Origin: a virus | Lineage: Duplodnaviria; Heunggongvirae; Uroviricota; Caudoviricetes | Length of the DNA: 25,350 bases | Strand: one strand, 5' to 3' | Virus record (IMG/VR): IMGVR_UViG_3300026286_000004 | In this document: positions 16,423-24,360 of the stretch, piece by piece | Layout of the letters: the number at the start of each line of letters is the position of its first letter | Numbering within the stretch: position 1 is the stretch's first letter | Notes under the pieces: generated by a model | What the model was told of the DNA's origin: nothing | Database searches by the model: none | The model's input: only the letters and a program-made list of their open reading frames with translations | Position numbers and translations under genes: made by a program

Positions 16423-18183
16423 GTGCAGACCTTCATCGCAGTCGTCAACTTGCCCGGGCTGGTCCCCGCCCTCCGGTCAGCCGGCTACCAGCTGGCGAGC
16501 GAGGACACCCAGCCCCGGGCGGTCAACGCATCCCTGCGTTCCGCCCCCACCGACGCCAAGGTCGTCGTCATCGCGGCTCACCCGAACGGCGACGCGAAGA
16601 TGCGCGACTGGATCGCGGTGCAATCCGAGTCGCGCCGCCCGGTTCTGCTGCTGGCCGCCGACCCCGATGCACAGCCGCTCCCGAAGACCCGGGTGGTCCA
16701 CCTGCCGGCGACCTTCGACGACATCATGGCGAGCTTCAACGCTCCGGCCCGCGGCGACGATGTCGGGTCCTCGGTCCTCGAGCCGGACGGCACCCTGACC
16801 TCCCCGGGATCCGAGCCCATCACGGATGACGGCGACATCTGGGGTGACGACTTCGGGTTCTCCGCCGATCCCAGCCCGGACGCGGACGACGATGCCGACC
16901 CACCAGCCCCTGATGACGACGACCTCGACTCGTCCGACGACCCACCGGTCCCGGGCGACGACGACGACGAAGAAGAAGACCTCGACGACCTCGACCCGTC
17001 GGTCCCCGATGACGACGACCTCGATCCGTCCGACGATCCGCAGGTCCCTGATGACGATCTCGACTATCTCGACGATCTCGACCCGCCGGTCCCCGATGAC
17101 GACGACGACGATCCCGGTTACCGCCCGCCGCCGGTCCCGAGCTTCGGGATGGACGACACCCCGCCCCCTGCTCCGGCCGAGGCTGTCGCCCCGGAGCGGC
17201 CCGGTGGGTTGATCGACCCCGACGAGACCGAGGAGATCCTCGGCGTCTTCGACCGCAGACCCGACACCATGCTGGTCCGGTCCGCGACCCTCGGCGGTCA
17301 GTCCGACATCATCGTCTGCTGGGCAGCGAAGGGTGGCGTCGGGAAGACCTCGTTCGCGATCGCTCTCGCCGAACGGGCAGCCGTTATCGGCGGCTTCAAG
17401 CGGATCGTGCTGGTCGATGCGAACCGCGGTCAGGACGGAGTCCGCAAGGTGCTGCGCCTGACCGGTGCGGTCGACCGGCTGCCGTCGATGTACAGCGCGG
17501 CGATCACCGGCGACCCGGAGCAGGCCATCTCCACCCCGGCCCAGATCGTCCAGCTCCGGCATCAGAACCTGCCGCCGGTGCACTTCGCGACCGCTCTTGC
17601 CCCGCGAGCCGGCCAGGCCGACCCGGAGGTCGTCTCCGATCAGGTGTACGGCGCGGTGATCGACTGGGCCCGCCGCAACGCCGACCTGGTCATCGTCGAC
17701 ACACAGATCAAGGAATCGCATGACACGTCCGGGCTGTTCGACCGGCTTCTCGAGCCGATCCTGACGGCTGCGGCCGGGTCGTTCTCGGTGGCGATGGCGG
17801 ACACCTCCGTCGAAGGCGTGCTGAACCTCATCGAACGGCTGAAGGCGTTCGGTGCCGGCGACATCCCGCCCGAGCGGACCCTCGCGGTGATCAACCGGGT
17901 CGAGGCGAATTCACCGCTCGACATCCCGGCGACCGTGCGCTACCTCGAGGGCAAGATGCACTTCGTTGGATCGGTCATGCAATCCCCGGATGTCCTGAAC
18001 GCCTTCTCGACCGGGCGTATCCCGCACGACGACCCGGCCCTGGCCCGCGTCTTGGACGACATCCTCTTCAAGGTGACCGGGGCCTCCCAGTTCGACTCCG
18101 ACCGTCACTGCGACCGGTATGCCGACCCATCGTCCCTGGCGAAGGGCCGATCGCGGTGGTCCCGGTTTGGAAGGAGGGGCTGA
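16423..18183 (+). CDS. MinD/ParA-family ATPase with N-terminal receiver-like domain and acidic repeat linker (CpaE/TadZ-like architecture, 586 aa)
   Basis: Deviant Walker A AKGGVGKT, LVDAN, Walker B LVIVDT and VINRV. Asp/Pro-rich repeats at about aa 140-250. Confidence 0.8.
   Translation: MQTFIAVVNLPGLVPALRSAGYQLASEDTQPRAVNASLRSAPTDAKVVVIAAHPNGDAKMRDWIAVQSESRRPVLLLAADPDAQPLPKTRVVHLPATFDDIMASFNAPARGDDVGSSVLEPDGTLTSPGSEPITDDGDIWGDDFGFSADPSPDADDDADPPAPDDDDLDSSDDPPVPGDDDDEEEDLDDLDPSVPDDDDLDPSDDPQVPDDDLDYLDDLDPPVPDDDDDDPGYRPPPVPSFGMDDTPPPAPAEAVAPERPGGLIDPDETEEILGVFDRRPDTMLVRSATLGGQSDIIVCWAAKGGVGKTSFAIALAERAAVIGGFKRIVLVDANRGQDGVRKVLRLTGAVDRLPSMYSAAITGDPEQAISTPAQIVQLRHQNLPPVHFATALAPRAGQADPEVVSDQVYGAVIDWARRNADLVIVDTQIKESHDTSGLFDRLLEPILTAAAGSFSVAMADTSVEGVLNLIERLKAFGAGDIPPERTLAVINRVEANSPLDIPATVRYLEGKMHFVGSVMQSPDVLNAFSTGRIPHDDPALARVLDDILFKVTGASQFDSDRHCDRYADPSSLAKGRSRWSRFGRRG
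16884..17115 (+). repeat. Imperfect coding tandem repeats encoding PDDDDLD.SDDP.VP / LDDLDP.V
   Basis: e.g. cctgatgacgacgacctcgactcgtccgacgacccaccggtcccg vs cccgatgacgacgacctcgatccgtccgacgatccgcaggtccct. Confidence 0.8.
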
Positions 18184-18851
18184 TGGGTTTCGACGACTGG
18201 CCTCCGAAGCCCGCGCCGGAACGCGTCGACGGGTCCGACCCTTCGGACGTGATCTTCGGTGGTCATCACGGCAGTTCCGTGGTCACTCCGGAACGACCCG
18301 ACGACGAGCCGGACCTCACCGACGACGACGACGAGCCGGATCTGTTCATGGCACCGGGACCGAAGCCGGCGGAGCCGAGCCTCTCGGACGACCTCTTCGG
18401 GCCGGCGCCCGCGCCGGCGGCACCGGCCAGGCCGGGTCCGACCGTGGACGCGGTGTCCACGTCCCGCGCGCGCACTCCGCGCCTGCCGAGGGCCCGCCGG
18501 TCAATGCCGAAGCTGTCGAAGCCGTCCCTGGGCGCTGCCGGCGCCGGGCTTTCTTCGGCCGGAATGCAGGACGTGGTGCGGATCGTTGCTGCCGTCGCGG
18601 TCGCCGGCCTGGTGTGGCTGGTGGTCGACCGGGCCGCGGACGTCACCGGTGTCGGCCAGTTCATCGTCACGGCGACGGCGGCTGCCGTCACGATGGCGGT
18701 CATGTACGCGCGCGGCCCGAAGCTGGGGCTGGCGGTGGCCGCCGTGTGCGCCGTGGTTGCCGTGGTGTCCGCGCATTGGTGGTGGGCCGCGGCAGCGGTC
18801 CTGATGGTGCTGGGAGGAATCCTCACAGCGGGGTGGAGGAAGGATCCATGA
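18183..18851 (+). CDS. Membrane protein with Pro/acidic N-terminus and 3-4 C-terminal TM helices (222 aa)
   Basis: GGAGG SD, TGATG overlap with the ATPase gene, and hydrophobic stretches in the C-terminal 100 aa. Confidence 0.75.
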   Translation: MGFDDWPPKPAPERVDGSDPSDVIFGGHHGSSVVTPERPDDEPDLTDDDDEPDLFMAPGPKPAEPSLSDDLFGPAPAPAAPARPGPTVDAVSTSRARTPRLPRARRSMPKLSKPSLGAAGAGLSSAGMQDVVRIVAAVAVAGLVWLVVDRAADVTGVGQFIVTATAAAVTMAVMYARGPKLGLAVAAVCAVVAVVSAHWWWAAAAVLMVLGGILTAGWRKDP

Positions 18852-19804
18852 CGCTGATGTCGCCTCGTGACCGGCTGCGGACCTGGTGTTCGCTGCTGGA
18901 CCGGATCGTTGTCGGGCGGGCCGCCGCGGCTGCTCTCGACGAGGGCCGTGATCTCGAGCCCGGGTTGCTGTTCATCCTCCCGACGTGGCTTTGGGTCGAG
19001 CCCGGTATCGACGTCGGACGCAAGGGTGTCGCCGACGACGGCTCCTTGCTGCCGATGCCGATCCGGGTCAGCTCGCCCGGATCGCCCGTCCAGGTGCTCT
19101 CCGACCCGTCCGACCTGGCGTTCACCGCGGCCGGCCTGGGCATCTCCACGGCCGGTGTCGTCACCGTGCGTGCCGGTTACTCCGACGCCTGCCATCCGGC
19201 GCATGTCGCCGACCAGGACATCTTCTCCGTCCGGATGCGCACCCCCGCCGAGCTGCGGGTCGAGCTGCGCAGGCTGGACGTCGACGGGCACAACGCTTGG
19301 TGCGAGGCGCTGATGTGGCCCGAGGAGCAGGTGCGCACCGCCATCGAGAAGGCGCACACGTTCCTCGCGCATGACGTCGCGAAAATGCACGGCGGCACCC
19401 CGACCCGGCTGATCGACCGGACCGCGGTCGAGGAAATCCTGACGTCGATGACGATCGGTTCCCTTGACGCGACCAAGCCGTCTGCGCTGGCGCGCATCAT
19501 CGAGCGGTCGCTGCTGCCGCTGACGTTCCTGAAGGTCGATCCGCTGTACTACCTGGAGCAGTCCCTGCGCCGCGATGCGCATGTGGCGTTGCGTCAGCAC
19601 ATGGGTGACCCGGAGTCCGGCCCCCGGATCCGCAAGTCTGCTCTCGAGGCCGGCGGCGTCGATGCCGACCCGGACGAGATCCTCGCGTGGCACAACAGGA
19701 AGTACCCCTTGGACAACCTCGGGATGGGCCGGCTCATGGCTGCACTGTCGGTGGCCCCCACGGTCACCGCCCGGGCAACAGGGCTGCAGTCGTGGGCGTC
19801 GTAG
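18848..19804 (+). CDS. Hypothetical protein; C-terminal helical region weakly sigma-factor region 2-3-like (318 aa)
   Basis: ATGA overlap and GGAGG SD. FLKVDPLYYLEQSLRRDAHVALRQHMGDPESGPRIRK...DPDEIL. The CDS is solid; the function is speculative. Confidence 0.65.
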   Translation: MTLMSPRDRLRTWCSLLDRIVVGRAAAAALDEGRDLEPGLLFILPTWLWVEPGIDVGRKGVADDGSLLPMPIRVSSPGSPVQVLSDPSDLAFTAAGLGISTAGVVTVRAGYSDACHPAHVADQDIFSVRMRTPAELRVELRRLDVDGHNAWCEALMWPEEQVRTAIEKAHTFLAHDVAKMHGGTPTRLIDRTAVEEILTSMTIGSLDATKPSALARIIERSLLPLTFLKVDPLYYLEQSLRRDAHVALRQHMGDPESGPRIRKSALEAGGVDADPDEILAWHNRKYPLDNLGMGRLMAALSVAPTVTARATGLQSWAS

Positions 19805-20223
19805 CACCGAGCGTCGGTGCACATACGTCGGCCGCCGGGGTCGCCGGACGGCTGAGCAAGGACGCTGTCAGAGCACGGTGTTTGACTGCTGTGACACAGG
19901 GAAGGTCGTCGATCTTCGATGTGATTCTGGAGGCCGCGGACACGAATGAGCGCCGGGCCCCGTTGCGGTTGATCAGGTTGTGGATGTTGTTGGAAGCGCA
20001 GGCCGGCTGGGGTGAGGCCCGCACCGGTGTCGTCATGGACCGGCTGGCCCGGTTCGCGGGTGTGCCGAACGATGTCCCGGTCCGGTCGTTGACGATCGGG
20101 TGGCTGCTGGACAACCGGTCCAAGCACCGGTTGGTCGCGTTCGCGGATGCTCTCGGCGACCGGGCCGTGCCGTGGCCGGGGTTCCCGTACGCGCCGGTAC
20201 CGGATGGTGTGTCGTGGACCTGA
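19792..20223 (+). CDS. Actinobacterial IHF (mIHF/sIHF)-like nucleoid-associated protein (about 143 aa; start uncertain)
   Basis: VTQGRSSIFDVILEAA...LRLIRLWMLLEAQAGWGEARTGVVMDRL follows the mIHF H2TH pattern (G..l.dVl..a...l.k+.v..LLEA.p..G..+a..+M..l), judged by eye. Confidence 0.55.
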   Translation: MGVVAPSVGAHTSAAGVAGRLSKDAVRARCLTAVTQGRSSIFDVILEAADTNERRAPLRLIRLWMLLEAQAGWGEARTGVVMDRLARFAGVPNDVPVRSLTIGWLLDNRSKHRLVAFADALGDRAVPWPGFPYAPVPDGVSWT

Positions 20224-21032
20224 CCTGGGAGGGTGTGGAGTCGTTTATCGGAGGCCGGACGGTCCGTTCCGACGCTCCCGTCCTGAACGACTTCCTGCGG
20301 CAGCAACCGGTGCGCCGGCTGGTCGATGTCACGGTGCGGACGCTGTGCAAGCGCAACGGGATCAGTTTCGCCCGGTACGGCGACGACTTCACCGCCGAGG
20401 TGAACGCGATCATCTTCTTGATCCTGACGAACGAGCAGTGGTCGGACCGGGCACACCTGCTCTCGGATTTCCCGCGTGGGTTGTTCCAGCTGTCGCGGAA
20501 CAAGTTCGCCTCGATCACGGAGTCCGCGGCGTGGATCGGGTCGTCCGGGATGTCCACGCAGGTGCGCCGGCGCCGGGCGCTCGGGATGCACCGGGCCCGG
20601 ATGATCAAGGACTTGGAGCGGGAACCGTCGAACCGTGAGCTGATCGACTCCTACAACGAGGCGATCCGGGCGAGCCGCAAGGACGCCGCCCGGCAGGGCA
20701 TGATCGCCACCGAAGGCGACCTGGCCCCGCTGGAGCCGGCATCTTTGGACGTGTCGGCCGGCCGGGAGGCGGCCAGCGACGACGTCTACCCGTTGCTCAC
20801 CCCGCAGGCGGGGCCGCTGGCCGAGGAGATCATCCGCCGGTCCGCCATGGAGGACCCGCTGCTCGGCATCGTGGCCCGGGCGTGGCTGGGCACCTATCAG
20901 GACGAGGTGTTCGCGACGTCCGCGGCGATCGCGGCAGAGCTGGGGATCGACCTCGACGACGTCATCGAGGCGCAGCGCGCGATCCAGGCGGTCACCGTCC
21001 TGGTGCTTCGGGACTGGGGCATGCCGGAGTAG
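20214..21032 (+). CDS. Divergent sigma-70-like (FliA/WhiG-like) protein (about 272 aa)
   Basis: SAAWIGSS...RRRRAL...IKDLEREPSNRELID resembles sigma regions 2.4-3.0 (DW.PRS...L..ELGR.PT..E). C-terminal HTH TSAAIAAELGIDLDDV resembles region 4. The CDS is solid; the sigma call is moderate. Confidence 0.55.
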   Translation: MDLTWEGVESFIGGRTVRSDAPVLNDFLRQQPVRRLVDVTVRTLCKRNGISFARYGDDFTAEVNAIIFLILTNEQWSDRAHLLSDFPRGLFQLSRNKFASITESAAWIGSSGMSTQVRRRRALGMHRARMIKDLEREPSNRELIDSYNEAIRASRKDAARQGMIATEGDLAPLEPASLDVSAGREAASDDVYPLLTPQAGPLAEEIIRRSAMEDPLLGIVARAWLGTYQDEVFATSAAIAAELGIDLDDVIEAQRAIQAVTVLVLRDWGMPE

Positions 21033-21039
21033 CTTTCCC

Positions 21040-21067
21040 GCCGCGAAACCGGGGTCGGGCGGCAAAG
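21040..21067 (+). promoter_or_regulatory. Class A motif GCCGCG-N15-GGCAAAG, 7 nt before the ATG at 21075
   Basis: Exact copy in the 42-bp intergenic gap; its spacer (aaaccggggtcgggc) resembles that of the ssb copy (aaaccgggggtcagc). Confidence 0.75.
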
Positions 21068-21074
21068 AGATCAT

Positions 21075-23570
21075 ATGGCCCCGACTGACGAAACTCTGCG
21101 CGCTGGACTTGTCCTGCACCCGCAGTCGCTGGCTGTCTCCGACCCTCGCTTGATCTCCAAGCTGGACCGGGCGGCGTGGTCGCCGTCGTCGTCGTCGTCC
21201 TTCCTGGGGTGCCCTGGACGGTGGGCGACCTCGCGCCTGCTGCCGTCGGTCCCGGACCCGTTCGGGGCGGCGGAGACCGGCTCGGCTGGGCACCTGGCGC
21301 TAGAGATCCTGTTCGCCCTGCCTGCTCAGGAGCGCACCTTGGACCGGGCGGCGCAGATCATCGAGACGCTGCACGACCCGCAGGCGCATGGCCGTGCCCG
21401 CGGCGAGATCGACGCGCCGGCGACGCCGGCGGACTTGCTGCGGTGGCGGGCGGCCGTCATCGACAAGATCTCCGGGCTGTGGCGTATCGAAGACCCGCGC
21501 TCGGTCCATGTGCTCGGCCTGGAGCGGTCCCTGTCCGGTGCGGACATCGACGGTGTCCCGTTCGTCGGGTTCATGGACCGGACGTCGGCGATCACGAACA
21601 CGGCCGGCGAGGTGATCGGCTCCCGCGTCGAGGACTATAAGGGGCTGGACCGGAACACCCCGCTGCCGACGCCGACCGGCTGGACGACGATGGGGGCCGT
21701 CCAGGTGGGCGACCAGCTGTTCGGTTCGGACGGCAAGCCGTGCACGGTCACCGCGAAGTCGGGCATTCACGACCGCCCGTGCTACCGGGTCAGTTTCGAC
21801 GACGGCACGCACCTGATCGCCGACAACGTCCACTTGTGGGAGGTGCACCGCGACAGCGGTGTGCAGGTGCTGTCCACGCAGGACATGATCCCGCTGCTGC
21901 GTGCCGGCCGGGGCGGGCAGCGCGACCTGCGCATCCCGAACACGCGTGCCCTTGACCTGCCGGACGCCGACCTGCCGTTGGACCCGTACGTGCTCGGGGT
22001 GTGGCTCGGTGACGGCAAGGCCAGCTCCGGCGAGGTGTCCAGGCCGGACCAGGACCTGTTCGACGAATGCGCCCGCCGCGGTTTCCCCAGCGGCCCGGGC
22101 GAGATGACGCGCACCCTTTACGGTCTGCGGACCCGGCTGCGCGAGATGGGGTTGCTCAACAACAAGCACATCCCTGCGGCCTATCTGCGGGCCTCGCGTG
22201 CGCAGCGGCTGGACCTGCTGCGCGGCCTGATGGACACCGACGGCTCGTTCACCGTCGCACGCAAGCAGGCGGTCTTCGTCGGCACGGACAAGCAGCTGTG
22301 CCAGGACGTCTTCGAACTTGCCGCGTCTCTGGGCTGGCGCCCGTACATCTGCGAGACCGTGCGGTCCGGGTTCGGCGTTACGACCACCTGCTGGGATGTG
22401 AAGTTCACGCCGTTCGACGATGTCCCGTTCCTGCTGCCGCGCAAGGCGAACCTGGTCGTGGTGCCCGAGTCCGCCCGGTCTCGCCGTCGCCTGATCACGG
22501 CGATCACGCCGGTACCGTCGGTGCCGACCCAGTGCATCCAGGTGGACTCGGCGAACAGCTTGTACCTGGCCGGCCATCAGATGGTCCCGACGCACAACAC
22601 CGGGAAGCCGTCCCCGCCGTACAAGCGGGCCAAGTACGGCGACGAGAAGGCCGACCAGATGGTCGCGTACGGCCTGGCTGTTGAGTCTCTCGACGGCCGC
22701 CGTCCGGACGAGCTGGTTCTGCTGTTCACGGCGGAGCAGCACGCGGAGTCCTACAGCCCGGTGATGACGCCCAAGACTGTCGGCGGGGTGCGCCAGCGGT
22801 TCACGACCTCGTGGACGGGCATGAAGGCGGCGGCGGCTTCCGGCAGCTACGAGCTGAAGCCGTCCCCGTTGTGCGGCTGGTGCCCGTTGGCGACGGTTTG
22901 CCCGGCGGCGGATTCGGCGGGCAAGTCGGAGGCGAAGATCCCGGACGCCCGCACCGGTGAGCGGATCGGGATTCCGCTGGCCGGTCTGACCGTCGCCGTA
23001 CCGGAGCTGTTCGGGGTTCCGGACGTTCCGGCCGTCCCGGTGCGTACCGACCCGGTGCTACCGGCGTCATCTGAGTCGACATCAACCGAAGGAGTCACCA
23101 TGTCCAACCTGTTCGCTGCTGCCGAAGTGCAGCCGTGGATCGAAACCGACCCGGCGACGGGCCTGCTGAACCCGGCGGCGTATGCCGCGACGGCAGCGTT
23201 CTCGCTCGTGTCGATGGCTACCGAGGCGCTTTTCGACGCGGGCGTCCCGGTCACAAAGGATGCGGTTCCCGCGTTGGCGACCGTGTTCGCAGACGTGATC
23301 GCGTCCGCCCAGTCCGAGGTGTTCGGACGGACCTCGATGCAGGAGAACAGCCACACCCGGCTGCGTGGCGTCCTGCACACGGCGATCAAGACGATCCCGA
23401 TCCCGTTCGGTCAGCCGGAGGAGCAGTGGGTCGCGTGGAAGGCCCGCGTGGTCAAGCGCTTGATCTCCACGGCCCGCGCTGCCGGCGAGCTGTACGTCGC
23501 CGGCCCGCAGGACGGCGCCTGGGGCCCGTTGACCACTCTGACCCCGGCCAAGCCGTCCGTAGCGGCCTGA
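21075..23570 (+). CDS. Cas4/AddB/RecB-like PD-(D/E)XK nuclease with 4-Cys Fe-S signature, interrupted by an intein and carrying a C-terminal extra domain (precursor 831 aa)
   Basis: SPSSSSSFLGCPGRW, GSAGHLALE, GFMDR, DYK|TG (after intein removal), QMVAYG, CGWCPLATVC. Confidence 0.88.
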   Translation: MAPTDETLRAGLVLHPQSLAVSDPRLISKLDRAAWSPSSSSSFLGCPGRWATSRLLPSVPDPFGAAETGSAGHLALEILFALPAQERTLDRAAQIIETLHDPQAHGRARGEIDAPATPADLLRWRAAVIDKISGLWRIEDPRSVHVLGLERSLSGADIDGVPFVGFMDRTSAITNTAGEVIGSRVEDYKGLDRNTPLPTPTGWTTMGAVQVGDQLFGSDGKPCTVTAKSGIHDRPCYRVSFDDGTHLIADNVHLWEVHRDSGVQVLSTQDMIPLLRAGRGGQRDLRIPNTRALDLPDADLPLDPYVLGVWLGDGKASSGEVSRPDQDLFDECARRGFPSGPGEMTRTLYGLRTRLREMGLLNNKHIPAAYLRASRAQRLDLLRGLMDTDGSFTVARKQAVFVGTDKQLCQDVFELAASLGWRPYICETVRSGFGVTTTCWDVKFTPFDDVPFLLPRKANLVVVPESARSRRRLITAITPVPSVPTQCIQVDSANSLYLAGHQMVPTHNTGKPSPPYKRAKYGDEKADQMVAYGLAVESLDGRRPDELVLLFTAEQHAESYSPVMTPKTVGGVRQRFTTSWTGMKAAAASGSYELKPSPLCGWCPLATVCPAADSAGKSEAKIPDARTGERIGIPLAGLTVAVPELFGVPDVPAVPVRTDPVLPASSESTSTEGVTMSNLFAAAEVQPWIETDPATGLLNPAAYAATAAFSLVSMATEALFDAGVPVTKDAVPALATVFADVIASAQSEVFGRTSMQENSHTRLRGVLHTAIKTIPIPFGQPEEQWVAWKARVVKRLISTARAAGELYVAGPQDGAWGPLTTLTPAKPSVAA
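21642..22598 (+). mobile_element. Class 3 intein with LAGLIDADG homing endonuclease (319 aa)
   Basis: DYK|GLDRNTPLPTPTGWTTMG...ADNVHLW...LGVWLGDG...LRGLMDTDG...TQCIQVD...VPTHN|TG: W/C/T triad, no N-terminal Cys or Ser, two LAGLIDADG blocks. Confidence 0.9.
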
Positions 23571-23608
23571 CCCATTCCAACAACCCGATTCCCGCAGGAG
23601 CAATTCAC

Positions 23609-24109
23609 ATGACCGAAAACCCCGCGCAGCTAGAGGGCGCCCCGCTGACCGAGACGACCGCGATCATTGCGGCGGCCGTCGTGTCGGTCGGCCCGATGTC
23701 CGACCAGAACGCCTGGGAACAGGCTGTCACCGACCGTGCGAAGGCGATCGCTCAGTTCGCGTCGCCGAAGTCTCCCGTCGCGCAGGTCGTGCAGGCGATG
23801 CTGTCCCCGTCGACGAAGGTCTTCACCGGCACCATCGTCGGTGGGCAGATGGAGCAATCGTCCAAGCGTCTGTTCGTCATCCTCGACACCGACTCGTCCC
23901 GGAAGAACAACGGCTTGGGCGGCGCCCAGCTGCCGATGGGCCAGGAGGGCGTCCGGACCGACCGCACCGACACGCCCGCCGGGGCGGCGATGGCGCACAA
24001 GGTGCGCACCATGAAGGGCCAAAAGGTGCGTGTGTGGGTGTACATGGAGCCCACCGGTAACCCGGAACGCCCGACCTCGCGTGTGCTCAAGCACATCGAG
24101 CTGGTGTAA
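23609..24109 (+). CDS. Hypothetical protein (166 aa), C-terminal beta-rich region possibly OB-like
   Basis: AGGAG SD before the ATG at 23609, in frame with track ORF 23135-24109; globular composition. Confidence 0.75.
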   Translation: MTENPAQLEGAPLTETTAIIAAAVVSVGPMSDQNAWEQAVTDRAKAIAQFASPKSPVAQVVQAMLSPSTKVFTGTIVGGQMEQSSKRLFVILDTDSSRKNNGLGGAQLPMGQEGVRTDRTDTPAGAAMAHKVRTMKGQKVRVWVYMEPTGNPERPTSRVLKHIELV

Positions 24110-24116
24110 CCCCCTG

Positions 24117-24235
24117 ATCGGGGCGCCCGGTTCCTACCCCCCCACTCAGGGAACCGGTGCCCTCGGCGGGCGCACTGCCGCCCGCTCATCGGGGCACCCC
24201 CGGCCTTTTCACCCCCCAGGCCGGGGGTGTCCTCG
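24117..24235 (+). other. Three consecutive stem-loops; outer two are related repeats with C-rich loops (terminator or structured RNA)
   Basis: atcggggcgcccggttcc-...ccccccc...-ggaaccggtgccctcg and atcggggcacccccggcct-tttcacccccc-aggccgggggtgtcctcg flank a 7-bp stem gcgggcg/cgcccgc. Confidence 0.6.
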
Positions 24236-24360
24236 TTGGTCCGGCGGGAAATTCCTTCCCCGTTTTGCGTGCCGACGTCACCGCCCCGCACTCATACATG
24301 GCAAGACCCCCGGTCCGAGGCTGAGATTGGCTCCCTTGGACCGGGGGTTAGCCAATTCTG

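Noticed and set aside
19750-19791. Possible sixth class A motif (GGCAACAG) before the mIHF-like gene
   Set aside because: The upstream box has three mismatches and the downstream box is imperfect, so it is not distinguishable from chance.
24117-24235. tRNA or tRNA-like gene
   Set aside because: No acceptor stem, D-loop or T-loop consensus, and no CCA; only independent hairpins.
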